Shown here one piece after another: positions 52,470 through 64,000 of a stretch of 64,000 nt of DNA. The notes below the pieces were generated by a model that saw only the letters and a program-made list of their open reading frames with translations, made no database searches and was not told the DNA's origin. The stretch is taken from assembly GCA_013265495.1 (NCBI GenBank), contig MU058584.1, positions 3,104,508 through 3,168,507 on the forward strand, in the 5' to 3' direction. Origin of the DNA: Vicugna vicugna. Taxonomy: Eukaryota. The position numbers and the translations under genes are program-made. Numbering within the stretch: position 1 is the first letter of the stretch; each line of letters starts with the position of its first letter.

Positions 52470-53355
52470 TTTTTTTTTAATTGAAGTATAGTCAGTTTAC
52501 AATGTTGTGTCAATTTCTGGTATAAAGTGTAATGTTTCAGTTATACATATACATACATATTTGTTTTTGTATTCTTTTTCATTATAGGCTACTACAAGAT
52601 ATTGAATACAGTTCCCTGTGCTATACAGTATAAACTTTTTGTTTATCTATTTTATATTTAGTAGTTAGTATCTACAAATGTGAATTCCCAATATACCCCT
52701 TCCCAGCCTCTTCCCCTCTGGCAACCATAAATTTGCTTTCTATGTCTGTGAGTCTGTTTCTGTTTTGTAAGTTCATTTGTGTCTTTTATTTTAGACTCTA
52801 CGTCTAAGTGATATCATATGGTATTTTTCTTTCTCATTCTGGCTTACTTCACTTAGAATGATAGTCTCCAGGTCCATCCGTGTTGCAGCAAATGGCATTA
52901 TTTTATTCTTTTTTATGGTTGAATCATATTCCATTGTATAAATATACCACAACTTCTTTATCCAGTCATCTGTTGATGGACATTTAGGTTGTTTCTATGT
53001 CTTGGCTATTGTAAATAGTGCTGCTATGAACACTGAGGTGCATGTATCTTTTTCAATTAGAGTTTCCCATGGATATATGCTTAGGGATTGCTGGATCATA
53101 TGGTAAATCTATTTTTAGTTGTTTAAGGAGTCTCCATACTGTTTTCCATGATGGCTATGCCAAACTACATCCTCACCAACAGTGTAGGAGGGTTCCCTCT
53201 TCTCCACACCCTCTCCAGCATTTCTTGTTTGTGGACAACAGTGATGGTCATCTGACAGATGTGAGGTGGTCCCGCATTGTAGCTTTGATTTACATATCTC
53301 TGATCATTAGTGACATGGAGCATGTTGTCACGTGCTTGTTGGCCATCTGTACATA
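52470..53355 (-). mobile_element. LINE1 3' end
   Basis: Poly-T head; antisense ORF2 C-terminus (cctcaccaacagtgtaggagggttccc). Confidence 0.9.
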
Positions 53356-56300
53356 GGCAGTCTTCATTGGCTTCCTGTTGTAGGTGATGAGGTTTTAACT
53401 GGCACTTCCCCCTTCCCTCCATGTCTCTTCTTGTAGTATAATTATATCAAATTTTGGTTAGGGTGACATTTAGGTTTGTGCATTGTTGTGGTCTTACAAG
53501 CATTGTCCACTGCTGAGTTGTGAAACAGTGTATGAGAGTGTTGGATTTTGTGGAACATTTCAACTGCTATGTTGAGTTGAACGAAACAAATGGGGTATTG
53601 TTGATGGCTCTTAGCTATGAAGTTAAAGGTCATCATGTGGTTGCTGACCGTTAACATTTGTTTCTGTGACTTGCTCATTTTTGTCCTCCGATGTTCGGTT
53701 TTACCTCATTCGTTTGTCTAACCATCCTGGAATCTTAGAGGTTGAACTCCTAGAAGAAACATTAGACTTTAGATAGGCTGAGAGTTTGGAGCAGACACAG
53801 GTGGTCTGTAGGTCTGTGAACTTTTGGTACCTGGTGCCCTTCAGCTCCTTAGTCTTAGGCTTCAGAAAAGGGAAGCACAAGGGGGTCCACCTCGGTGGAT
53901 GTGGGTTGAAATGAGCCCGAAGTGGGAAAAGGCAGAATCCCAATATGATTATGAAGAGTGAATAGGAATGGTAGTAGGAAAGAGCAGAGTCTTAAATGCG
54001 CACTCAGCAGAAGGGCTGGACAGATTCTCACAGTTGGAATGTCAGTGTTGATTTACTTTTTTGTGGTACAGCTTACCCAGGGTTGGGGCAGAGGATACAG
54101 ACAAAGCGGGACTTGTGGTTTTGTGGATCTCAAGCGTTTACCCACGAACCAGATAGAGGAGGTCAGGTGGTGCGATGCCTCCACTCTTGAGAATCCGACC
54201 TGGAGACAAGACACTGTCCTTGTGCAGTACGTGGAGAAATTGCGGGTTCTGGACACAGGAGGGGATGGGGGAAGCCCAGTACCCAAGCCGAATTTCTCTC
54301 TGGAGCTGCAGTTCATGAAGTAGCCCTGAAGGGATCCTGGTCTAGGGCTTTCTGGCCACTGATTTCAGAGGGAAGAGGGCAGGGCAGGGTGATGGGGCTG
54401 GGGAGGTGGAGGGGCCTGGGGAGGCCAGTGCTTGGGGACTAGTGATGGTTTTCTCCAAAATGGTCAGGTCCCGCATTGGGAGAGAAACTCGAGATTAGTT
54501 TCATCTTAAAGCAGAGTTCCTTTTCTCATCTTTGGCTTTAACCTTTCTGTGTTGGGGGTTAGTGACCGGTTTTGTAGGGGGGAGTATGGGCCATCGGTAG
54601 ATGCTGGACAAGCTGGTTTCGGCTAGGAATGCTTGTCTCTTGGGAAGAGTAGCAGAGGGTTTTCTTGTTCACAGTGGTTTTTCTTCCCTTGTGTTCTCGG
54701 TGGGGTGCCTAATTCCACATTTTTCATCCGGCCTTTACCAGACTTTGCTGAATAGTTAGTTACTAGCAAGATATAAGCCTCTGTAACTTGACCATCTGCT
54801 ACATAAAGTAGGTAAAATTAATACCACCCATTACTCAGAGAAATGGACAGGATCAACAGGAAAGAGATTTGACTGGAGTGACCCGGAAATGGTATGGAAT
54901 AGCCCGGGAAGGAACCTGAGATCATGGCATTTCCCAGAACAGTCACCTTCCTTTGGTATAAGCTGAGGGGACCTGGATTAAGACAGCCCTTAAAGTCCCT
55001 TCCAGGTTGCATAGTCTGGATCTTTGGAAGGGCAAACACAAGATTCTGTTCCCTCTGTGACCTGTGTCTCATCTGTGGAGCTTCCCCAGCGTACCCGGGT
55101 ATCTCAGATTGGTCCGTCTCTCTCGCCCCTGGAGGAAGCACTGTGAACGGCGTCGTGATGATTGTTCTGTCTCTAGTGTATCCTTCTGTCTCCCGGCTTC
55201 ACCCACAAGCACACAGATTCCCAGGCTCTTTCTTTTGTCTCAGTTTCTCTTTGAACGTTTGGAAGGAAGCTTTTCTTTGGTGTCCCTGTTTTTCTTTTCT
55301 CCCTGGATCTGGGTGCGGTTCTTAGGGGTGACCTCAATGCCCAGCCTGGATACCTGGTACAGTCTGGCTTAACTGGGACATTCTGAAAAGCCCTTTTAGC
55401 GAGTGATGAGACTCCCCGTCAATTCAAGCTGGTACAGCTCTGGCTGTGGCTTGAGTCACATACCTCTCAAATATCAAAGCGCGGTCTTCCTCTTGCAGGC
55501 TCTTGATCCCAAGGCCGCCCGCCCCCCAGGGCCCTGGCTCTGGTGTCTTTTCTTCCAAGTTGCCCCTTTTGTTGTGCGTTATATGTCATGTCAGTATCAT
55601 CTGGGTCCCAGTCCTGCTTCCGTGTGCTCTGAGGAGCCACCTTCCCATAGAGTTTTGCAAAACCGCATGGATTATAGAGAACAGACTTTAAAGCAATGGA
55701 TTGCCATCAGGTTTTTGGACTAGCACCGGGAGACACCAGGAAGAAATGAATCTACTGACAATGTCTCTCCCCGGAATCTGATCAGAGATGGGGGCGGGCG
55801 GAATGGGAAAATTCAGGTGTTGGGGAGCAACTCAGCGTAGAGCAGACAATCTGAGTGATTTTAATGCCCACTTGTATTTGCAAAGTCAAAGGACCCTTGC
55901 ACCTCCAACCCTGAACCTACCAGGTACATTTCTGAGGTGTTTTTCATGAAAAATAAACAAAGCATGGCAAATAGACCAGAAAAGTGTTCTTAAAAGTAGG
56001 CCGAGTATGAAGTCTGCCTGCTAAATGCTTTTCCCCTCTCCCCTCTCCAGTGGGGGTGTTTGCAGAAAGGGTCTTTATTCAAAAAGGAATTGCCTCCTTC
56101 CCTGAATGTCATCCTTGGTCAAAATGCATTTCAAACAGAGAGCATTTCTTCTCCACTCCTTCCTTTGTTTGGTGCCTATAACCTGTGAGGATGATGGAAA
56201 GTATTTATTTTGGGCCCGTGGCGATTCAAGGTGAAGGTACTAGTGACCTCCTGGAACTTTTTCATTCCCATCTCCACGTCCCTTCACCACTGGGGACAAG

Positions 56301-58859
56301 TGAGTCATCTTCCTGGGAGCCCTTAACTTCACAAGCACAAGGCTCTGGGTAAGGAATCAGGGCTTTTGGAACACCCGTTTATGGGAGCCCTTGTCTGTAG
56401 TTACTTAAATGTAAAGATCTCATCTTGCCAAGTGCCTTCCTTAGTAGTTTTGGAATCTTGGGCACTGACCTTTCACCAGCCTTCTCCCCGCGGACTGAGC
56501 TGTCAGAACCCCCCTGCTCCCTGGGAAGCTTGAAGGTTGGGGTCCCATTCGTGTCTCCCTTCATTCGGGGGTTCCAGCGGTGAGGCAGAATGGCCCTGAG
56601 AGTTCCTGGGGGAGAGGTCGGGGGCAGTCAGGCAGTGGACGCTGGAATGGCTTTCCCCCAGGCACTGTGGACCATGAGTTCAAAATCCCACCCCACGCCG
56701 AGAGAAGGGGCTCCCTTTGAAGCCACCTGTGCCACAGAGAGCGACAGGGAACAAATGGCTGGTCCTAAGATACACGTTCCTAACTTCATCCAGGTGATTC
56801 CCATGCATCCCATGGGAAAGAAAACTGGTTCCTCTGGTTTCCCGCTAGGACTTGGTCACCTGAAAAGTGCAGACAACTGACGGGTAGTGTAAGGCCCCCT
56901 GACCAGCCCCGACCAGTGCAGATGGGCAGCGGTGAGCCAGTGGCCTTTCCCGTGACCTATGTCCCCTCCCCCAGCCCTAACACCTCCTCTTAGAGTTAAA
57001 CTGTATGTTTCTAACTCAGCCTCTTTTTTTTTTTTAAATGCATCTTTTGAATTTCTTGAGATTAAAAAAGAAAGGTCTGTGTTTTCCTCTGTTGACGTCC
57101 TGATTTTTGTTTAGCCCTTCACTCTGAAGCACTCCTCATCCTCCCCGCTTGGCTCTTACCTTCACCGTATCTTTTCGAGTCTGTAAATAATACCTTACTC
57201 TCTTTTTTCCTGTCTTATTCTTCTGTTTTTCCTACAGATCCCCAGCACTTCTTGGACCCTACTATAGGAGAACATCATTGTGAAGATTTTAACTGGGTTT
57301 GGAAAGTTAAGTCGGTCCCTTTTGAAGATGTAATTAATGGTTTGCTGGGTACCTTGCACACAGGGACACTGAAAAGAGAAGGGACAGAATCTAAAGTGTC
57401 TTGCTGGGGAAAATGATGATTGTCACTTCTTCAGCTTGAATGGCAGGTGGTGCAGAATGTTTGCCAGCCTACGTTTTTTTTTTTTCTGTCTGTTCTGAAT
57501 TGTTCTTCCTTGGAGAGTTGGACACTTGTGAAATAAATGGAAAGGATGTTCTTTATCTCTGGAATGATAGAGATTGTAATTGGCAGGGTCCACCCAGCTC
57601 TCTTCGGGACCCCATGTCTAAGGCGTTAGTATGTGGCGGTTAGTTACAATGAGTCAGGCTTTCTGAATTTATTCCATAAACGCCTATTCCAAGTCTCTCT
57701 GAATCTCCATTTATTTTGCAGCAAAAATGTCCCAAAATAAAGCACTTATATATAGCAACCGATCCTCTACTTCCTTGCATCTTGTTTCAGAACAGCTCAC
57801 GGTTGAGCACATTTCAGCAGGCACAGAATCCGCCACGGCAGGAAGTAAAACTTTTCACATATGTATTCAGTCACTTCCCAGTTTTTGCGCTGTCTGTCTC
57901 AAGCTTCTTCTGTCCTGTCTGCCTGGGACCCACGGAACCTCTGTCGGCCAGGTCACACATCCCAGGGTTTGTATAGATGTCTGCACACGGGCGGGGTGTT
58001 GGAATACATGCTGTCTGAACCTTGCTCTGGATGACGTGCTGGGAGCTGCTGTGTCTGAGACCCACGCGTGGAAGCGGGGCTACCAGTGGTGTAGAACTTG
58101 GAGGTTCCGGAAGTGCGGGCGGGAGCAGAGGTGAGGATAGGGAGCTTGTGCAGCCAGCCCGGTCGGGGGGAGACTTGGAACTCTGTTTCCCTGTCCCCGG
58201 GGAAGAGTCTCAGAGTAGAGAAGTCAAAATACTCTGCATCCGCTCTCTGCCCAGCCTCCGGGGATGCCCTGGTGCCGGTCAGCTGACCTCTGCGATGTTT
58301 TATCCTCTCTGTGAAGTGGGAAGGAATCTGCCCTGTCTCTGGCACCCAGATGTCATGAGAATAAAGTGTGAAAATACGTATGAAATTGTTTTAAACCCTA
58401 AGAAACTCTCCATGATGAAATGACATTCATCTTCCATTGTAGAAGGTATTATGTATTATGTGTTCTAAACAGTGTTACGTTGTATAGAAAATAGATACCC
58501 AGTCCCACTTACTATAGGTATAAAACTGAGGCTCAGAAATAAGTGTCTTCCCCAAGCGCACGCAGATTGTCAGTGGCACAGTCAGCGCTTGAATCTTCTC
58601 TTTGAAACCTGGTTACTACAAAGCTAATTGGGGTCCATCAAGGCAGTAGGCATCTTACAGTACAAGGAACCATCTGATATATTAATTTCTTCTGCAAACA
58701 TTAGATGCCTGTTGTATCTCTAATACCTGGCATTTTAGGTGTTAGATGAGTTTTGTTTGTTGTCTTTTACATGTTTTCCCCCTAAGTAACTTGTAATGAT
58801 CTTTAAAGCATTGGGCTTAAATTTTTTTTTCCCTTCCTCTTTTTAACCACTCCACCCTT

Positions 58860-58985
58860 GGTTCTTTTTTGTTTTTGTTTTTGTTTTTTTAGATTTTTTT
58901 TTTTTAAGTAGAGATACTGGGGATTGAACCCAGGACCTTGTGCGTGCTAAGCACACACTTTATCACTGAGCTATGCTGTCCTCTC
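58860..58985 (-). mobile_element. tRNA-Ala-derived SINE
   Basis: tactggggattgaacccaggaccttgtgcgtgctaagc..cactgagcta. Confidence 0.9.
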
Positions 58986-59547
58986 CTAGTCGTAATTTCT
59001 TAGTGTCTGTTTGTCATGCAACTGGCCAGAGGCGTGTCTTTTAGGAAAAGAGACTTGGAATGACATCAGTAAGTGAGCTAAGAGTTGTGACATGTGACTG
59101 TGTCAGCTTGCTTGTGTTCAGTTGGCCAGGTGGTGATTTAACTGTTAACCCTCCTAACTCTTCAGCTTTGGGCTCATCTAGGGGGAGCTGGAAAGCTTTA
59201 ATAGATAAGTTAATTGGAAAACACTTCCCGAATCAAATGTCACTCCTTTGGCAGCTCCAGGTGTCACCTGGGACCAGCATTTAGAACCTGAGAATCACGG
59301 ATATGCCTTAAATGCACCCCTCACAGGCTCTGTGGTTTTCTTTTAAACATTTGGCAACGTGTCTATGGAGTGGAGACTGAGAAGGCATCAAACGTGCCGT
59401 GGCTTCATTCTCTGTGGTGAGAACGTTTCCTAGGGGCTTGGGAAGCGTGTGGACTCTGAAGAGTGACCAGAGTCCTCTCACACCCGCTTTCTCGAGACCC
59501 TGAGGTCAATCACAGTCATGTAAGGTAGACGGTAGCATTCATCCCTT

Positions 59548-59672
59548 CTTTTTTAAAAATTATTTTGAATTTTCTTTTCTTTTCCTTTTTTTTAATGGAG
59601 TCACTGGAAATTGAACACAGGACCTCGTGCATGCTAAGCATACCGTCTACCACTGAGCTATGCCCTCTCCCT
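59548..59672 (-). mobile_element. tRNA-Ala-derived SINE
   Basis: ttgaacacaggacctcgtgcatgctaagc..ctaccactgagctatgccc. Confidence 0.9.
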
Positions 59673-61960
59673 CCCTCTTTCTTTTAATACATGAAAAACT
59701 GGGGTTCAGAAATGAAAATGTCTCCCCAGATGTCTTCCCCAGTCACCCAGCAGGTGACAGAGCAAGTACTGAACCCTCTGTTCACTGAATCCTGGTTTCT
59801 ACCGAGCTGACGAGGCTCCGTCAAAGCAGTAGGCAAACTGGTCCTCTGAGCACCACCTGAGTCATTCACTGATTCAGCCAATGTTGAGTGGCTGTTGCGT
59901 TCCTAGGACCCGGCATACAAGGATGAGTAAGGCAGTAGGAGAGGACAGACAACTGACACAAGCGATGACCGTGCAGCTGGGTAAGGAACAGGGATGTGGG
60001 GTGCAGAGTAGGGCGAGTCACACGGGGGGAGATGCAGGGGTGGGGAGCTGGAGAAGGCAGAGATGCGAGGTGATGACTGAGCTGGAGCCGGAAGGATGAG
60101 AAGTTTGCCAGATTGGAAAGGGGGTGGGGACACTTGCAGGGTGGCATTCCAGACAGAACTGGAGTGCTGGGAACAGCAGTGTGTGGTCACACCGGGTACA
60201 TAACAGGAGCAAGAGGCAGGAGCAGCCGTTGGAGGCCAGCTTTGCAGCCCCGTGTGCCAAGTGGAGGCGTTTGAATGATGCCCCATGGCTGCTGTGTCCC
60301 ACGTGTCCTTCACCTGATGCTCTGGCTGTCGACTGCCATTCTGGTCACCCCTGCCCCTTTATCTTCCTTTCTCCTTTTTACTCTTCCCAGCTTTTGCCTT
60401 CGGCTGCCAGTGTCTGCCTCACATTTTACAGGGTTAGATGCTCTCAGCTTGGAGTGATTTCCCTCTGTCTGTGTCTGTTGGAGGGATGGAGAGAGTGGTT
60501 CAGAAGGCGTTCTGAGGATCTTGGCCTCTAGAATCAGCACTCTGAGAAAGTGAGGGAGGTGAGCATGGTAGGAGGACTGGAGAAAGGCCTGTTCCTTCAG
60601 ACCATTATAAAAAATACCAAGTTAGGAGATACCATGTATGTGCCGGAGATAGGCATGTGAGGCACCACTAGCATTATTGAGCATCCTAGCACCTCAAGAT
60701 AAAAAGCTGCCCATTTCCTTCTGTTCTGAATATGTGAGGTTCTGGTCCTCTGTTTCAAGGAAGGAAATGGAGACTCAGAGAGGTTAAGTAACCTGCCCAA
60801 GATTGCTCAGCCAATAAGGGATAGACCCAAAGATTCACACATGGGTCTGTCCAACTCTTCCTGTGTGCCCTGTGCCCGTGGCATGCCGTCAGTGGGTCTG
60901 GCGGTACTGCCCTGGGTGTTGTGAGGAAGATGGCCATGGTTCCCAGTCTGCTCCCTTGGCAGCCTTGCCTCTATGAGCTCGAATTTGCTGACAGATGAAC
61001 AAGCCAGCAGCAGCTGTTCTGATAGGCCTGAGAACTTGTCCCTGGAGACAACGGCGGAGTGCAGGAAGGTTACGCCAGGCCTTGCTGCAGAAGTGTCTGG
61101 ACATGTCACAGAATCTGCTGAGCTCGCGGTGTCTGTTTCGTATCCCATTCTGCTGGGTTACAGGTGATGCCGGCACTGACTTCCCGTCTGGTGCTCACCT
61201 CTCAGCCCGGGAGAGATCCGCCTGCGGGAGGGAGCGCTTCAGCGACTTGGCCACCTGTGCCTTAGGAACGTTCCCTTCTGTTCGTTTCTTTAGTTTGGAG
61301 AAGGTGTTCACAGTGGCCGAGCCAGGGGGCCTTCCTGCAAGAACAGATGAGTTGCCAGTGAGGCAGGCAGCGGTGACGGGGAGTGGCCAGGCCTTCCACC
61401 GTGTTCGGAGCTGCAGACATTGCTGCGGCAGCCCACGCTGTTCTCTGTCTTCGTTCTGAGGCTCCGGAGACTGTTTTGTTTGCGAAGTCAGTGTTGGAAG
61501 GGATGCATAAGCCGTGAATGCAGTTCCCTAGATTGGTGTCTGCTGGGTTTGCTTTTCATTGCTACAGCCTGTTTAGAAACTCTATGGTTAGAAGACTGAA
61601 AAAAATAAGACCAGGTCACTGTGCTGTGACACTGATGACATGGGGACAGGAGGGCTGTAATGAAATCTACATACGTTTAACTATCTAAATCTTATCCTGC
61701 ATTTTAGACCCAAAAAACACCCTGTTAACAGAATCAACTGGATTGAAAGTGAAAGTCCTTTCCTAAACTCGAATCTGGGGAGAGACCCTCACCTCTCTTG
61801 TGCAGATTTTGCCCTCTCTGCCCACCTTGCCTCATCGAGGACAGCAGTCTTCCCATCCCACCGCGCACCTGCCCACCCCGCCTCCTTGTGGTGACCAGGT
61901 CCTTTCTTTTGGTCGCTCCCGTGGGGCCAAGGCTGTTAGCATTCCTCCCTCACAGATTTG

Positions 61961-62098
61961 TTTTTTTACTTATTTTTATTTATTTTTGGAGGGGGGTGGT
62001 AATTAGGTTTATTTTTTAACAGAGGTACTAGGGACTGAGTCCAGGACCTCGTGCATTCTAAGTACGCACTCTCCTGCTGAGCTGTACCCTCCCCATAG
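61961..62098 (-). mobile_element. tRNA-Ala-derived SINE
   Basis: TSD ctcacag(a/c)tttg at 61949-61960 / 62099-62110. Confidence 0.9.
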
Positions 62099-62744
62099 CT
62101 CACAGCTTTGAATCGTCTCGCAGCAGCATCACATTTGCTGTAGGACAAGCCCCTGCTGTCCCACAGGAGCCCTGGACTTGCATCAGCACCCGAGTGTGCC
62201 TTCACGTGCGCCTGGGGCACTGCAGGGTGGATTTGAGCTGTTTACCTTGTTCTGCTGTGTTTTCAGGCTGTGTTGACTGCCTGCCTTTCAGGATCAACTT
62301 CTTAGTTGTTGTTTTCCCCCACTTTTGTCCGCATCCACCCTCGAATTTGTCCCCAAGTCTGCACACCACCACTGTTGAGCTGCCTTTTTCTTTATTGAAG
62401 TCTTTCCACTATCAATAAAAGAGGAGGGGACTGTGTGGCCTCCCCGAGGTTACACATGGTGTTTATAGAGAGTAAATTCTTAATCTTATTTGATATCTAT
62501 TTTCTCATTCCCTTGTTTGTTCCTATTCCTGGGATCGTGGTGATAAACTCCAAGACAGTAGGGATTGAATCTATATGACTTGCTTTACTTTACCAGGCTT
62601 AAGTAGGTGCTTGAAGCTGTTTTTTGTTTGAAAAGAAGAAAAAGAGAAGAAAGCAACTTGTCAGATATAATCTGTGTCTTAGCATCAGTAAAATGAACTA
62701 GCGGTGGTTTATTGAATACACACATGCCAGTTAAGATAGAAGTC

Positions 62745-62885
62745 CCCTACTTAGCCATTTTACAGATGAAGAAACTGAGGCTGAAGGATGTGAACCACTT
62801 TGCTCAAGGTCACCCAGCCACATTCGATTTCGAACACAGAAGATCACTGTAACACAAGGCTGTTTTCTCTTCACCATGCTGTCTT
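62745..62885 (-). mobile_element. MIR
   Basis: ccattttacagatgaagaaactgaggctg. Confidence 0.8.
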
Positions 62886-63329
62886 GCCTCCAGGGAAATA
62901 ATACCGATTTCATGAAACTGCTTTTAGATTTCAGTAAATTATGTTATCATTTTCAGTAAACTGATAATTACTAGGTAGCCCTTGGGAGATAGGTGTTCTG
63001 ATGGGAGACCCTCATCATTTTTTATTCTGTAATGATTGCCACTTGAAAGTCCTTGCTTATTGAAAAGCAAGCCATAAGTCCTTTTATCAGCCTCAGTAGA
63101 GATACTTACTAAATACTTGACTGAAAACATTAAAGTCCCCTGGTAGGTGCTCTCATCAGTCTCTATTCACATGCGTAATCTCTTATCCTCTGTTTTCCTT
63201 TCCTTTTGAGTAGTCTCAGGTGATAGGACTCTCAGAAACTAATCTTGTCACCTGCTTGGGAAGGACCGTCTCTTTCTGCTACTTCACAAACACTCAGGAC
63301 GGGACAGCATCCACCTCGAAAAGCACCTG

Positions 63330-63450
63330 TCGGGGGGACCTACTGTGGAGCACAGGGGACCGTGTTAATTTCCTGTCATAATATATAATGGAAAAGAATC
63401 TGAAAAAAAAAGTGCATGTATATGTATAACTGAATCGCTTTGCTCTACCA
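63330..63450 (+). mobile_element. LINE1 3'UTR fragment
   Basis: gacctactgtggagcacaggg..taatggaaaagaatctgaaaaa..gtataactgaatcgctttgct. Confidence 0.75.
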
Positions 63451-64000
63451 TGTTGGGCAGTAGTGTGGTGCCATCTCCACTGCTTGGGGAATGGTGAGTT
63501 GAGAAGCCTGGAGGCATGAGGTCCCTTGAAGTAAAGACCCCAGCCCCCCTGGAACCTTGAGGTTAGCATGTTTCAGAGAGCCTGGTTTCAGTCCCAACAC
63601 TTGGGAATACTTAATTTTAGAGAGAAACCATCAAAAGGGTATTCCAGACACCCCTTTGTTTCTAGAAGGAGCAGTTAGGGAATGGAGCTGCTGCTGTCTG
63701 ACACTTGTGTTGGCTTTTTTTTTTTCACTACCTTACTAGCACACTCCACTGGGTGCTGGCTACTGGCAGTGACTCTGCCTCCATGGACTTCACAGCCACC
63801 AGGTAGGGTCTGGTTTCAGCTCATGGGTCCCAGGTCATTGCCCAGTGGCCGTGAGAAGACAAGACACTTACATCCTTAAATGAAGAAATAATGCCACACG
63901 GAGGCACTCAGCAGTTGTTAGTCACCTTCTCTTTGCCTTGACACCTGGAAGGGAAGCTTGTCAGATTCATGGTTAAAAATAAAGAGTAAATAACCTGTCA

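Noticed and set aside
54377..54420. G-quadruplex-like G-runs
   Set aside because: Common in mammalian introns; no supporting context
34512..64000. UCK2 exon 2 (SSVCAKIVQLLGQNEVD...)
   Set aside because: Not found by eye; presumably lies beyond the window
1..64000. CRISPR arrays, operons or other prokaryotic systems
   Set aside because: Sequence is mammalian throughout; no repeat-spacer arrays or gene-dense foreign insert was seen

Overview
Mammalian genomic DNA, most likely camelid, inferred from several tRNA-Ala-derived SINEs resembling Vic-1. The window holds the 5' part of TMCO1 (minus strand, coding exons 1-3, CpG-island promoter at about 9.4-10.2 kb) and the 5' part of UCK2 (plus strand, coding exon 1 at 34413-34511 in a CpG island, with intron 1 running to the window end). 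Most remaining sequence is LINE1, LINE2, MIR, SINE, LTR and DNA-transposon remnants, and nearly all ORF-track entries are spurious. The most interesting observation lies between the two genes: non-repeat, mostly splice-site-bounded fragments at about 11.7-26.8 kb on the plus strand. They translate, with stops and frameshifts, into collinear pieces of a two-pore-channel (TPCN-like) protein. This suggests a heavily decayed pseudogene head-to-head with TMCO1. The call rests on by-eye comparison with remembered TPC sequences and needs a homology search. Repeat subfamily names are also by eye.
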